From a virus (taxonomy: Duplodnaviria; Caudoviricetes): DNA of 63,942 nucleotides. The stretch covers positions 1 to 63,942 of the IMG/VR virus record IMGVR_UViG_3300012663_000802, one strand, 5' to 3'. Below the pieces are notes generated by a model. The model was not told the DNA's origin, did not search any database, and worked only from the letters and a program-made list of their open reading frames with translations. The position numbers and the translations under genes are program-made. Positions 1 to 9,355 of this stretch are shown here, in pieces. The first letter of the stretch is position 1. The number at the start of each line of letters is the position of its first letter.

Positions 1-259
1 TTCCATCAATGACCACAACGTTTGCAGCGTCATCTGTAAATTTCCTAATCTGTTCGGCCCACTGATACTTCAATGAGGATAGGCAAATAATAATACCGGG
101 CTCAGTTATCTTACCTAAGTCTTTAAGTTCTTCAATAGCAGCGATAGTCAGGACAGTCTTACCTAAGCCAAGGTCGTAGGCTACAAGCATCTTCTTGCGT
201 GCCACCATTGCCTCTACGGCCTCAACTTGATACGGTAAAAGTGTTCCTGTAAAACTCAC
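1..259 (-). CDS. SF2 (SNF2-like) helicase, N-terminal part; runs off the window edge
   Basis: Manual translation from GTG at 259 (GTGA overlap with upstream stop): SFTGTLLPYQVEAV...MLVAYDLGLGKT (Q motif and Walker A), IICLSSLKYQWAEQI (motif Ia). Confidence 0.85.
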   Translation of the reverse strand, partial: MSFTGTLLPYQVEAVEAMVARKKMLVAYDLGLGKTVLTIAAIEELKDLGKITEPGIIICLSSLKYQWAEQIRKFTDDAANVVVIDG

Positions 260-468
260 GCGTCTTGTCTCCAGTGAATAAATGAACGAACGTACACGAT
301 AGCATACGCTATAGCTGACACAATAAAACCATACTGCTGTGTAGATACTGCGTAGACAATCCAAATAACTTCATTTGCTAACAGTACTAACCAACCCCAG
401 ACTGTTTTTCTACCAACAAAGTAGATACCAAATACGCCTATGCAAGCCAGCACCCATGACCACATCAT
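256..468 (-). CDS. small membrane protein, PnuC-like
   Basis: 70 aa with three hydrophobic segments, WGW and W-rich pattern like short phage PnuC-type proteins. Confidence 0.55.
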   Translation of the reverse strand: MMWSWVLACIGVFGIYFVGRKTVWGWLVLLANEVIWIVYAVSTQQYGFIVSAIAYAIVYVRSFIHWRQDA

Positions 469-1022
469 ACTGAAGACATCATTCTTGTCTTAACCATGAG
501 ACTTAAATCTTCTATAGATCCGTTGTTAGTAAAGATTTGATCAACAGGGTAGTCGTCCATCTGTGACTCAGACACGTGAGCGTTGACAGCATCTACTCCA
601 AGGCGTTTGATACGCCAGATCTGTGACTCTGCCCCAGTAAACTGACTAATAAGCTTAATAGCCTCTGCTTCATTGGTAAATCTAACATCAGTAATAACAA
701 TGTTATCTGCCGGGTTAAGTGTCTTAAACACTTCATTTACCCAGAAGTCTTCACCAAACGTTTTGCGTGCGGCAACACCTGCGTTCTGTAGAGTGCGACG
801 AACGTGTGGGTTTTTCTTGGCCACTTCCCAACCGTCGCGGTCTACTCGATCACGTAATAAGATTGGTTCAAACGCTATGTTATCTACCATAGGGTTCATC
901 TCATAAAGAAAGTCCCTGATCTTATCTGCAAAAGCTACGCGAGTATACCCATAGTTTTCTACTAGGATCTTAGCCACTGTGTCTTTGCCTGACTGTGCGT
1001 AACCTGTTAGTCCAATGATCAT
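465..1022 (-). CDS. deoxynucleoside monophosphate kinase
   Basis: MIIGLTGYAQSGKDT P-loop, AFADKIR, VITDVRFTNEAE, HVSE motifs; start moved to 1022 (ATGA overlap). Confidence 0.9.
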   Translation of the reverse strand: MIIGLTGYAQSGKDTVAKILVENYGYTRVAFADKIRDFLYEMNPMVDNIAFEPILLRDRVDRDGWEVAKKNPHVRRTLQNAGVAARKTFGEDFWVNEVFKTLNPADNIVITDVRFTNEAEAIKLISQFTGAESQIWRIKRLGVDAVNAHVSESQMDDYPVDQIFTNNGSIEDLSLMVKTRMMSSV

Positions 1023-1984
1023 AAGAATGCTGCCTCTCCAAATACAGAATGTTTTGAACCTTCTAAGCAATAGTGTACCAAATGTTCTGGCATGTCGCCA
1101 ATGTCCTTATACTCGCTGCCTTGGTAGTTTAAGAACCAGCACTCCATACCTTCTTTACGTGTACGCTCAAGCATATCTGCCGAAGCTTTTCTACCTGCAG
1201 CATCATTGTCCATAGCAAAGATCAGCTTGTCTGCAGCCTTCATAAGCTGTAGTTGATCATCACTAATAGATGCACCAAAAGTGGATACCGCACCAAAAAC
1301 TCCCATTGATGAGAGCTTGACTGCGTCTAGTGGGGACTCTACAACAATCATTGTTCCGGACTTAAACAACTCAAGCCCAAACAATGTCTTTGATTTAGCT
1401 ACGCCTGTAGGTCTATTACGAAAGAAGCGTTCTGTTTGACTCTTCTCTTGCCAACCCATAAGCTTAAAGCCGTTAGGGTTTCTAATAGGCGTGATCCAGG
1501 AGTTCTTGTTAGGGTTCCACTTTACACCGTGAAGCACACAAGCATCCTCTGTCAAACCCCTAGCAGATAAAGCCCAATCAGGTGCTACGCTGTCGAAAAT
1601 TGACAGACGTGCCTCACTCATCCCCACAGGTGCAGGGATAGGGATGTAGCTATTGCGAGCTTCTTCTAACTGGCGTGCAAGATACTCGAAGTTAACCTCG
1701 ACGTTATTGCGTAGCCATTCCTTGGCAGCCTCAAAGTCTACGCGTCCCCATGTTGTGGTGAACTCTTTGATCTCACCGACAAGAGTAAGCAAAGTACCTT
1801 TGTAACCGCAAGAGAAACAATGATGAACACCGCTCTCAGCATTCATAGACCAAGAAGGATTGCTATCTTCTCGTCCGGTACGTTCCAAGTGCATAGGACA
1901 TAGCCCAAGCAACTCATCGCCACGCTGTGTCACCTCAATACCTAGATTGAGAAGCACACCTTCTACTGAACCCTCCGCGTACAT
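1019..1984 (-). CDS. dnaG: DNA primase (CHC2 zinc finger plus TOPRIM)
   Basis: CPMH...HCFSCG zinc finger; VVESPLD and MDNDAAG TOPRIM motifs; KDIGD. Confidence 0.9.
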   Translation of the reverse strand: MYAEGSVEGVLLNLGIEVTQRGDELLGLCPMHLERTGREDSNPSWSMNAESGVHHCFSCGYKGTLLTLVGEIKEFTTTWGRVDFEAAKEWLRNNVEVNFEYLARQLEEARNSYIPIPAPVGMSEARLSIFDSVAPDWALSARGLTEDACVLHGVKWNPNKNSWITPIRNPNGFKLMGWQEKSQTERFFRNRPTGVAKSKTLFGLELFKSGTMIVVESPLDAVKLSSMGVFGAVSTFGASISDDQLQLMKAADKLIFAMDNDAAGRKASADMLERTRKEGMECWFLNYQGSEYKDIGDMPEHLVHYCLEGSKHSVFGEAAFL

Positions 1985-2169
1985 CAGTCCTCCCTCTCCC
2001 ACCCTGGCTTATCTGGAAGCGTAGGCGCAGTAGCTTTAGAGCCACACAACGCACACTCCATCTCTGTAAAGTACATAGACACTTCATAGTCTTCAAACAT
2101 AGCCTGTATATTCCAAAGCTTAGATCCACAGATACATACGTGGATAGGATCTCCTCTTAAGTCCATCAT
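1984..2169 (-). CDS. small zinc-binding protein
   Basis: CICGS...CALCGS motifs; overlaps neighbouring genes. Confidence 0.65.
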   Translation of the reverse strand: MMDLRGDPIHVCICGSKLWNIQAMFEDYEVSMYFTEMECALCGSKATAPTLPDKPGWERED

Positions 2170-2420
2170 CTTTTTACCCTGCGCTTAATACGTCTGCGCT
2201 CTACAGGAGTTGTTCCACCCCATACGCCTTCTTTTTCATTGGTGTTAATAGCAAAAGACAAACACTTGTCTTTGATCCAACAATCATTACAGATTTTCTT
2301 AGCTTGCGCCACGTCCTCGTCACCGTATTCTTCTGGAAAGAAGATATCAGTGTCGTAGTCTGTGCACAGCTGTGTCCCATCAAACGGACTTAATGCCACT
2401 GAAAGCTGCATACTCTTCAA
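2166..2420 (-). CDS. whiB: WhiB family Fe-S transcription factor (start may be GTG at 2399)
   Basis: C...FFP...CxxCx5C and GVWGG, basic C-terminus. Confidence 0.92.
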   Translation of the reverse strand: MKSMQLSVALSPFDGTQLCTDYDTDIFFPEEYGDEDVAQAKKICNDCWIKDKCLSFAINTNEKEGVWGGTTPVERRRIKRRVKR

Positions 2421-3615
2421 AGCGTCCCTCCTCCCAATCCCACATAAGATCTGTTGAACCCATACCTGAAATACGGCTTGCTGCCACTGTTAAAGATCTA
2501 GATGAATCATCTTCTTCATCCTGACGTTGTAACGCTAGAACAATATCTGAGTCCTGTAAGAACGAGGATGTGTAACCAATGGAGTCTGCGGTTACTTTGC
2601 CACCACGCATCTTAGAACGTAAAGCCTGAGTACTAACTACAACAGGCACATCGTAACGCTGAGCTACACGCTTCATGTTACGAGTCAAGCTACGCAGTGA
2701 GCGTTCGCTCTCAGTCTCTCCGGTCTCTTCGTCCATCATAAGATACATACCGTCAACAAATACAATGTCTGGTTTGAACTTCTCGATCTTTGCTGACAGA
2801 CCGGTTATAGTTCTAGCTGCAATGTTGTCTGGCATCCAGAACTCTTGGCGAATTTCGCTTAGATGATCTCGGTAACTCTTTTCTTCTTCTGGTCTAAGAG
2901 CACCGCGGATCAAACGACCGTGGGAGATATGTGCACGCATAGCATCGTAACGCGTTTTCATTTCTCTTGCTGTCATCTCAAATGATTGAAACATAACCTT
3001 AAGGTTTTCATCCTGTGCACGGATAGCCATCTGCATTGCTAGAACAGACTTACCTGTCTTAGGCGGAGCCACTATAGTCCACAGCTGTTGCTTAAGTAAT
3101 CCGGCAGTAATGTCATCAATAGTTTTAAATCCAGTAGAGATACCAAGCAAACCGTTAGGACGTGTCTTAATACTCAAGTACTCATCGTAACGCTCTAAAG
3201 GATTCTCGCTGAGGTTCTCGTCGTTAGACTCTCTAGTGTTGTCGTTAAGAAGTGATTGCACCGCAGAACTCATAGTCTGAATAGCTGCGTTGTGATCGCC
3301 CTGCTGTACAGACTGCTGAGCCTCTAACAAAGTATCAATAGTCTTTTGACGCTTTCGATACTCTATTAACTGATCGATCAGATACTCAACACTGTCCTCT
3401 ACGGCATGCAAAGTGTAGGTAGGAAAGTTCTCTTTAACAGTAACCGAAGTAGGAACTTCCCCATACTTCTCGTTATGTTTTGCTATGAACTTCCACACCT
3501 GTCGGTTCATATCATTAAAGAACCAGTCTTCCTGCACACCAGACTCAACAAGGGGTCTTATATCCCTGTTACGAATGGCTTTGGAAAGCAAGCGCTCTTC
3601 ATTATTTGCTGCCAT
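2380..3615 (-). CDS. dnaB: DnaB-like replicative helicase
   Basis: GISTGFKTID, Walker A APPKTGKS, SFEM, IVFVDGMYLM, STQ, QDSD motifs. Confidence 0.92.
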   Translation of the reverse strand: MAANNEERLLSKAIRNRDIRPLVESGVQEDWFFNDMNRQVWKFIAKHNEKYGEVPTSVTVKENFPTYTLHAVEDSVEYLIDQLIEYRKRQKTIDTLLEAQQSVQQGDHNAAIQTMSSAVQSLLNDNTRESNDENLSENPLERYDEYLSIKTRPNGLLGISTGFKTIDDITAGLLKQQLWTIVAPPKTGKSVLAMQMAIRAQDENLKVMFQSFEMTAREMKTRYDAMRAHISHGRLIRGALRPEEEKSYRDHLSEIRQEFWMPDNIAARTITGLSAKIEKFKPDIVFVDGMYLMMDEETGETESERSLRSLTRNMKRVAQRYDVPVVVSTQALRSKMRGGKVTADSIGYTSSFLQDSDIVLALQRQDEEDDSSRSLTVAASRISGMGSTDLMWDWEEGRFEEYAAFSGIKSV

Positions 3616-4018
3616 GCATCGCTCCCTCATCTAAAAACCAGTGCCCGTAGCGCATGCCACGAGAACTAATATCAATTACATACTTTACTTCTGGCCTGTA
3701 TGGAAGCTCTGCTACAAGATCTGCCACTACAGGATAAGCTTTTGAATAGTTAAACGGATTAGTTCCTAGGTTGTCTAGATCTTCTAACACGTTGTCCATC
3801 TGATCTTGCGAATGTTCAAACCCAACTAGCTCTAAGGTGTAGTCATTCTTTTCTCTAAACCTCCAGAAACTGGAAAGAGCTTGTCGGTCATAGGTAACCT
3901 CTTCGTAAGGCACCTGTATACCAAGCACTCTATTAAACTTTAGTGTTCTAGATAAAATACAATCTAAAGCGACGACAACTCTCATAGGAATCTCGTTAGA
4001 TATATCGCCCCCGCGCAT
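3602..4018 (-). CDS. hypothetical protein in replication block
   Basis: 138-aa ORF in operon context. Confidence 0.7.
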   Translation of the reverse strand: MRGGDISNEIPMRVVVALDCILSRTLKFNRVLGIQVPYEEVTYDRQALSSFWRFREKNDYTLELVGFEHSQDQMDNVLEDLDNLGTNPFNYSKAYPVVADLVAELPYRPEVKYVIDISSRGMRYGHWFLDEGAMHGSK

Positions 4019-4020
4019 AA

Positions 4021-4317
4021 TTACAGAGCTACGATCTTGCCGTAGTTTACCAGCAATTCTCTGAATGCTACAGGATCCTCTGAGGCCATACGGCTTTCGT
4101 AACGATCAACTTTGTTAGAGATCTCAACTGGATAGATTCCGTTGTTCTTCTCCATTTTATCTTTTACAAATCGTGTATGCTTGCAGTTGGTACGGGTGCT
4201 GTACCCAGGACAATTGCATCGCAGCTTATGCGTATTTTGATTAACATGAACCTCGTGCACACCCGTATCAGATAAGAACATCTGTGTGATCATCCAAGAC
4301 ATATCAGGTACTTTCAT
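4021..4317 (-). CDS. SWIM zinc-finger protein
   Basis: CNCPGYSTRTNCKH fits CxCx(n)CxH. Confidence 0.75.
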   Translation of the reverse strand: MKVPDMSWMITQMFLSDTGVHEVHVNQNTHKLRCNCPGYSTRTNCKHTRFVKDKMEKNNGIYPVEISNKVDRYESRMASEDPVAFRELLVNYGKIVAL

Positions 4318-4955
4318 TTGCGTAAATCCCCCTTATCAGATTCTACATCAACCCACATGAATGCTTCATGGGCAAAGCTTGCCATTGCATCACCGTACGT
4401 ACGTCTCCAACTTTCTGTACGAACATTTGTCGTAATGATTGTTGGAAGCCCTGCGTTAAAGCGTGCACGGATCAAAGCGTCAAAAACATTTTCTGACCAA
4501 CCTGCCTGAGTTTTATATTCTTTACCAAGATCATCTAAGATAAACAAAGGTATTGAATGACGATCATCTCCGTAAATCTTTTTTAAGTCATCTTCTAGAC
4601 TGCTGTCGTCGAATGCGCTCTTCTCAAGTCGTAGGAACTTTGGGTAGTCCAAGAATAGACCAGGCTGTTCTAGTTCGAACGGCATTGTCCGAATAAGCTC
4701 TTGGACGGCCACAGAGGCTAGTGTCGTCTTGCCGTGACCTGGTAACCCTACCAGTAGGAGTCCAAGCCCGCTAAAGGGGCTTCCAGGGCTTTTAATGACC
4801 ACTCCAGAGCGGACATGCTCTAACCAGATTTTGACCTTGTCCACAGCAGGGCCGTTGTCGAGGTCTGAGAGCTCCATACCAATAGACTTCATAGGCAGAT
4901 TAGCTCGTAGGATCCGGTGACGGATACTCGGTGCGATCTTGTTCAAGTCGTACAT
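4314..4955 (-). CDS. DnaC/IstB-like AAA+ ATPase (helicase loader)
   Basis: GLPGHGKT Walker A, FILDDLGKE Walker B, PTIITTN sensor; follows the initiator gene. Confidence 0.88.
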   Translation of the reverse strand: MYDLNKIAPSIRHRILRANLPMKSIGMELSDLDNGPAVDKVKIWLEHVRSGVVIKSPGSPFSGLGLLLVGLPGHGKTTLASVAVQELIRTMPFELEQPGLFLDYPKFLRLEKSAFDDSSLEDDLKKIYGDDRHSIPLFILDDLGKEYKTQAGWSENVFDALIRARFNAGLPTIITTNVRTESWRRTYGDAMASFAHEAFMWVDVESDKGDLRK

Positions 4956-5884
4956 TACTTGCCTCCTAGTAGTTTGAGCATCTTCTCTTGCTGAGCCTTG
5001 AACTCTTCATCCACATAGGACGTAGGCAACTCTTCGCGGGTAACCAAGCCGTGTGCGGTTGGGTAGTACGCTATGAACCTGCGCCAGATCTGAACGCCGA
5101 TACCTGGGTCGTTAAGATGACGTGGGTCCTCAAAGAACATTCTAATAGCTAGAAGCATCTGTTGTCTAGTTACGCCTTCTTTAACCATCTTGTTAATCCA
5201 AATAGCAAGGTTCTGAGTGTTAAGCTGCATAGGAACATCACGAGCCGGGCTTAGGTTAAGCAAAGATCCAAACTCTGCGACAAGATCCTTGGTGCTCCAG
5301 TCAGCCTCTGGCTTTTGTGAACGGTTACGCATTGGGTCAGACTCTAGGTCCTTTGCCCCATACTTAGCCTGACGTATAGCCTTCTTGTCTTCTACCTTGC
5401 CGACAGCACCGCTAGCGTCATCGTCTGCCTCAATTCGAAAGCGCTTCTTTGGCGCAGGTTGTTCTCCATCTAAATCCCATCCCATCTCATTACCTCCTTC
5501 ACTCTTCGAGGACGCAGTCCTCGATATAGTAGAACTACGTAGTAGTTCTACTATAGGTTTGTTACTAGTATTAGTATTAGTATTAGTAGTTGTATCACTG
5601 TCAATGTACAAGAGCCCTGAAAAGCCGGTATTCAGACTTAAGAGCTTTTTTGCTGCTTCTGTGAACTTCATTGCGCTAAACCACTTGGTGCCATTCCACT
5701 CTCGGGTGGTCATAATATATTGTCCGCGCTTTAATTCGTTGATCGCACCTTGGATTGAATCCCTGCCTTCGGGCATGACGGCAGAGAGCTCGTCAGCCGA
5801 TACGACTCGTCCAAGCTCTGCGTAGTATGCGAATAAACCTCTTGCCCGCATGGACAAGTAGGGGTTTGAATATGGTGATTGCAT
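4955..5884 (-). CDS. putative replication initiator with N-terminal winged helix
   Basis: LSMRARGLF...ADEL...EGRDSIQGAINELKRGQY helix-turn-helix pattern, low-complexity TNTNT linker, position upstream of the DnaC-like gene. Confidence 0.7.
   Translation of the reverse strand: MQSPYSNPYLSMRARGLFAYYAELGRVVSADELSAVMPEGRDSIQGAINELKRGQYIMTTREWNGTKWFSAMKFTEAAKKLLSLNTGFSGLLYIDSDTTTNTNTNTSNKPIVELLRSSTISRTASSKSEGGNEMGWDLDGEQPAPKKRFRIEADDDASGAVGKVEDKKAIRQAKYGAKDLESDPMRNRSQKPEADWSTKDLVAEFGSLLNLSPARDVPMQLNTQNLAIWINKMVKEGVTRQQMLLAIRMFFEDPRHLNDPGIGVQIWRRFIAYYPTAHGLVTREELPTSYVDEEFKAQQEKMLKLLGGK
5525..5589. repeat. 14-bp perfect inverted repeat plus (TAGTAT)x3 tandem; candidate origin element
   Basis: TATAGTAGAACTAC-gta-GTAGTTCTACTATA at 5525-5555; TAGTAT repeats from 5566. 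Confidence 0.6.
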
Positions 5885-5905
5885 AATGTCTCCTCTATAG
5901 ATATT

Positions 5906-6172
5906 CTATCGCGGAGGTATGCGCTTTGGCAAATTGCCCTTCGGTAATCCTGTAAAGATCTGCTCAACCATTAGGGAGAGAGTAAGACCTGCAAAGGTAG
6001 AGCCAAGTACAAAAGGCACTAGTTCCTTAAGTGAGACTCCAAGTAGTAGACAAAAGATTGTGCTAAAGAAAAGACCTAACAACCCCCGCCACTTGTTTAG
6101 TGAGAATAGAAATGCTTCTACGGCAGACAGGATACACGCTGCAGCCAATGCGGAAATTAATAAAGTGCCCAT
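5906..6172 (-). CDS. small membrane protein (holin-like)
   Basis: 88 aa, about three hydrophobic helices, basic C-terminus. Confidence 0.5.
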   Translation of the reverse strand: MGTLLISALAAACILSAVEAFLFSLNKWRGLLGLFFSTIFCLLLGVSLKELVPFVLGSTFAGLTLSLMVEQIFTGLPKGNLPKRIPPR

Positions 6173-6182
6173 ATAAAACAGT

Positions 6183-9100
6183 CTACTCTCTAAACACTAC
6201 TCTGTCAATGTGGAAGTTCTGACCGGATACATAACCACCTGTTGGGGTAGATGTAACGGTTAGTATAGCGTACGCTGCCCCAGCAATATTAGCAATAGAG
6301 TATGTGTCCGCTAGGTATGCCCAACGTGTGGTAGTAGTAAAGGTCTTAGTGTTTGTCTTACTGTACACAGATACATCTGCTGAGTTAAAGAACTCTACCT
6401 TTAGTGCAAAGGTTCCAGCAGCGTTTGCAGCGTTTGGTCGCAAGGCAACAGATGCATAGTAGCTTGCACTATCAGAGATGTAAACCTTTGATGTCTTTAT
6501 TCCAAAAGGAACGCTTCCTGCAGATCCTGCAGTGGTTACTTTTGCATAAGCTTGTCCGTGAGTAACGTCCTCGTTAAACTCAGAGCCCCTTACAATTACT
6601 CTACTGAGTGTAGAGTTTACTGCTACCCAAGATCCAAGGCTTGATTCAAAAGAGTTATTAGGAATTAATGATTCCGTTAGATCAGGGTAGCCGTAGTTTT
6701 CGTGACCTGTTTTAACAGATATAGTAGTACCGTTAGCAATAAAGTTTGTAAGTGTATTTTGTAGACGAGACAACTTTACTTCGTAGTTGTGTAAGAAGTT
6801 AGACTTACCGGAGTAGGTGCTTTCTCCTTGAATAGCATACATATTTTTAGCGCTGTTTATTGGGTTAAGTAGTGCCGTAGTATTTGTGCCGTCAGCAGCG
6901 TCTACGTAGCGGTGCGGTATACGACCATACTCTGCTTGAGTAGAATCAATGTGAAAGTACGTAGCGCCAGCAACTGTTGCAACAACCGAGATTGTCCAAG
7001 ATAAGCTTGTAGCTCCTGCGGTAAGAGAGTAGACACCAGAAATTCTATGCCACACCGCAGTGTCGGTTGAGGGTACTGTGTACGCTGTTCCATTAATAGT
7101 ATAAGTTGCTGCAGGACCTCTTACATATGCGGATACAATAAAGTCTTCCCCACCTTCAGCAACATATGGAAGATAAGCTACACCTGTAATAGCGGTGGTA
7201 GTTGTGTACGCTACTTTACCAAAGTGTGTTCCAAACAATGGTCCAAGAGAAGCATCTGTTGTTACTCTTGTTAGAGTTCCTGTAGATGACCAATCAGTAG
7301 TGTTTGCGTCAAACCCAGGGTTAGACATGTAGTTAACTATGTTCTTTGTTTCCCACCGAGTATAGTCAGGAGAGTAATATTGTTGTGTAGTAGGATCTGT
7401 AGGAGCGATTCCGCCAATGCCTGAAAAGAATCTGCTGGCAGTATCTTTGTGCTCAATCATCGCACCGTCAACATAATAAACTCTGTTGTTAATAGCTCCA
7501 GGAAAATATATGGTTACCTTAGCTAAAGGGTATCCAGAATCTTTAGTATATGCGGGAGTAGTAGCTGTTACAGATATTTGTTTCTTTTCTGTAAGAGACA
7601 GGGTCATAGCGCTAGACTCAACAGTGTAGTGAGAGGTAGGGTAGTACTGTCCCTCTGTATCTAAAAAGACTCTTGTTTGTTCTTCCTCAGACACATATTG
7701 AGAAAATTCAACTTTTGCTACAGCTGTGTCAGCAAAGGTTCCTAAAATATAAGCACTAAATGTAAGTACCTTGCCTGGGTCTATAGCAATCCAATCAGAA
7801 ACAATTGCAGCATTAGCAGCTGTAGCTGTAAACTTAAGGCACTGTGTTCCGTGCACACCGTAGGTTGTGACTCCGGAGGTTATGCTTTTATCAATAGCTA
7901 GAGATCCGCTAGACGCAGACCACCCAAATAAACCTGACTCAAAGCTACCATTTGACAGATAGTTTTCATTATCTCCTACAGCTTCTACTCTAATAAGCTT
8001 TGCGTCTTGATATTCAAGGCTGCTGTAAGCTTCAGCAAATTGAAATAGGTCAAGTGCGTACCTACTAGATGATGCGGACGAAGGAGTTATTGTAATAGAT
8101 ACTTTAGCAAATCTAGCACCAATAGGAGACACGCGACCGTTTCTTCCAGAGTCAGAAGAGGTTGTAAATTCTTTCCAACTTGTGGTTGTAGTCAGTGCTG
8201 TTGCCGCCGCTGTACTTCCTAAAGATACCCCAAACATGTTGTACCAGGTAATAATAGCGGTAACGTTTGCTGCATTATCTCTATGAAGTACTTGACCGCT
8301 AAATAAATAACGAGTGTTCTCTTTTACAGATATGCCGTATAGAGTTATGTTGTCTCCGCTGTTTGGCAAGCTTAGTGTGACCGCTGTAGTAGCAGCTGTA
8401 GTGAGCTGAGCAAACCCAAGCAGTCTAGGTTTAAAAATAGGGTCAAACAATACCTGTGTCTTAGCAGGAACTGGCACGCCTGTTTCTACGGCGTATGTTT
8501 TTTGTGCCAAGGTACCACTAGATGCTGCCCAACGTCCCAGGCTTTCTTCAAATGAGGAGTCATTGTAATCTAACATTAAGTTGTTACCATCAACAATGTC
8601 GGAACCCCAATGCGTTAACGCGGTAACATATGTTCTTATACCGGACTTAGTTCCCTTAGTAGCATTAATGGTATTTCCTGCCCCATATAAAGAGCGGTGA
8701 TAACTGTCTCCCAAAGAAGGTTCATATGTAAGACCAAGATCTGTAACACCATAACGTAATAAAACAGATGGGGTGTAGATAGGGTTTGACGATTCACCTA
8801 AAAGATAAGCTTGAGAACGCAACTGATCGTATACAAACGCATACATACTCAATACTTTATAAAGAGTATTGTCTTCATTCTCACCTACACCATCACCAAT
8901 ATTTGCGGAGGTAGGGTTAAGCCAAGCTTTTGGTACCCATCTAGTAATTGTATTTATTGTGCTGGTCTGATTAATAACAATCTCGTAATCTTCCCCACAA
9001 TTAATCCAGTTGATACCGTTAAATACCCACAAAGAGTAGTGAATCTCCTGCGTAGGAGTAAAAGCAATAACATCAGTATGAGTGTTTGTAAATAAACTGT

Positions 9101-9344
9101 AAGTTCCACCCGTCACATACGTAGCAGCATCGGGGTTATCTAAACTTCCAACATAACTCTTTACCAGTTTCCAATGAGTAATTGATGGATCCGCAGGGTC
9201 AGGTATAATATTACTCCAGGTAATTTGAATAAGGTCGTAGTCTAAAGACGTAGCAACAAGATTTGACTCATAGTAAACACCTACAGTAGATAACTCACCG
9301 TACTTAAATCCAGACCCATAGCGTCTAGTACCGTACTTTGCCAT
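6183..9344 (-). CDS. baseplate wedge protein (P2 gpI-like region) with carbohydrate-binding-like repeats
   Basis: KGTKSGIRTYVTALTHW tail-I-like segment; repeated NGSFESG/NPGFD/NNSFESS...W module starts; follows baseplate J. Confidence 0.75.
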   Translation of the reverse strand: MAKYGTRRYGSGFKYGELSTVGVYYESNLVATSLDYDLIQITWSNIIPDPADPSITHWKLVKSYVGSLDNPDAATYVTGGTYSLFTNTHTDVIAFTPTQEIHYSLWVFNGINWINCGEDYEIVINQTSTINTITRWVPKAWLNPTSANIGDGVGENEDNTLYKVLSMYAFVYDQLRSQAYLLGESSNPIYTPSVLLRYGVTDLGLTYEPSLGDSYHRSLYGAGNTINATKGTKSGIRTYVTALTHWGSDIVDGNNLMLDYNDSSFEESLGRWAASSGTLAQKTYAVETGVPVPAKTQVLFDPIFKPRLLGFAQLTTAATTAVTLSLPNSGDNITLYGISVKENTRYLFSGQVLHRDNAANVTAIITWYNMFGVSLGSTAAATALTTTTSWKEFTTSSDSGRNGRVSPIGARFAKVSITITPSSASSSRYALDLFQFAEAYSSLEYQDAKLIRVEAVGDNENYLSNGSFESGLFGWSASSGSLAIDKSITSGVTTYGVHGTQCLKFTATAANAAIVSDWIAIDPGKVLTFSAYILGTFADTAVAKVEFSQYVSEEEQTRVFLDTEGQYYPTSHYTVESSAMTLSLTEKKQISVTATTPAYTKDSGYPLAKVTIYFPGAINNRVYYVDGAMIEHKDTASRFFSGIGGIAPTDPTTQQYYSPDYTRWETKNIVNYMSNPGFDANTTDWSSTGTLTRVTTDASLGPLFGTHFGKVAYTTTTAITGVAYLPYVAEGGEDFIVSAYVRGPAATYTINGTAYTVPSTDTAVWHRISGVYSLTAGATSLSWTISVVATVAGATYFHIDSTQAEYGRIPHRYVDAADGTNTTALLNPINSAKNMYAIQGESTYSGKSNFLHNYEVKLSRLQNTLTNFIANGTTISVKTGHENYGYPDLTESLIPNNSFESSLGSWVAVNSTLSRVIVRGSEFNEDVTHGQAYAKVTTAGSAGSVPFGIKTSKVYISDSASYYASVALRPNAANAAGTFALKVEFFNSADVSVYSKTNTKTFTTTTRWAYLADTYSIANIAGAAYAILTVTSTPTGGYVSGQNFHIDRVVFRE

Positions 9345-9355
9345 TTACTTCTCCC

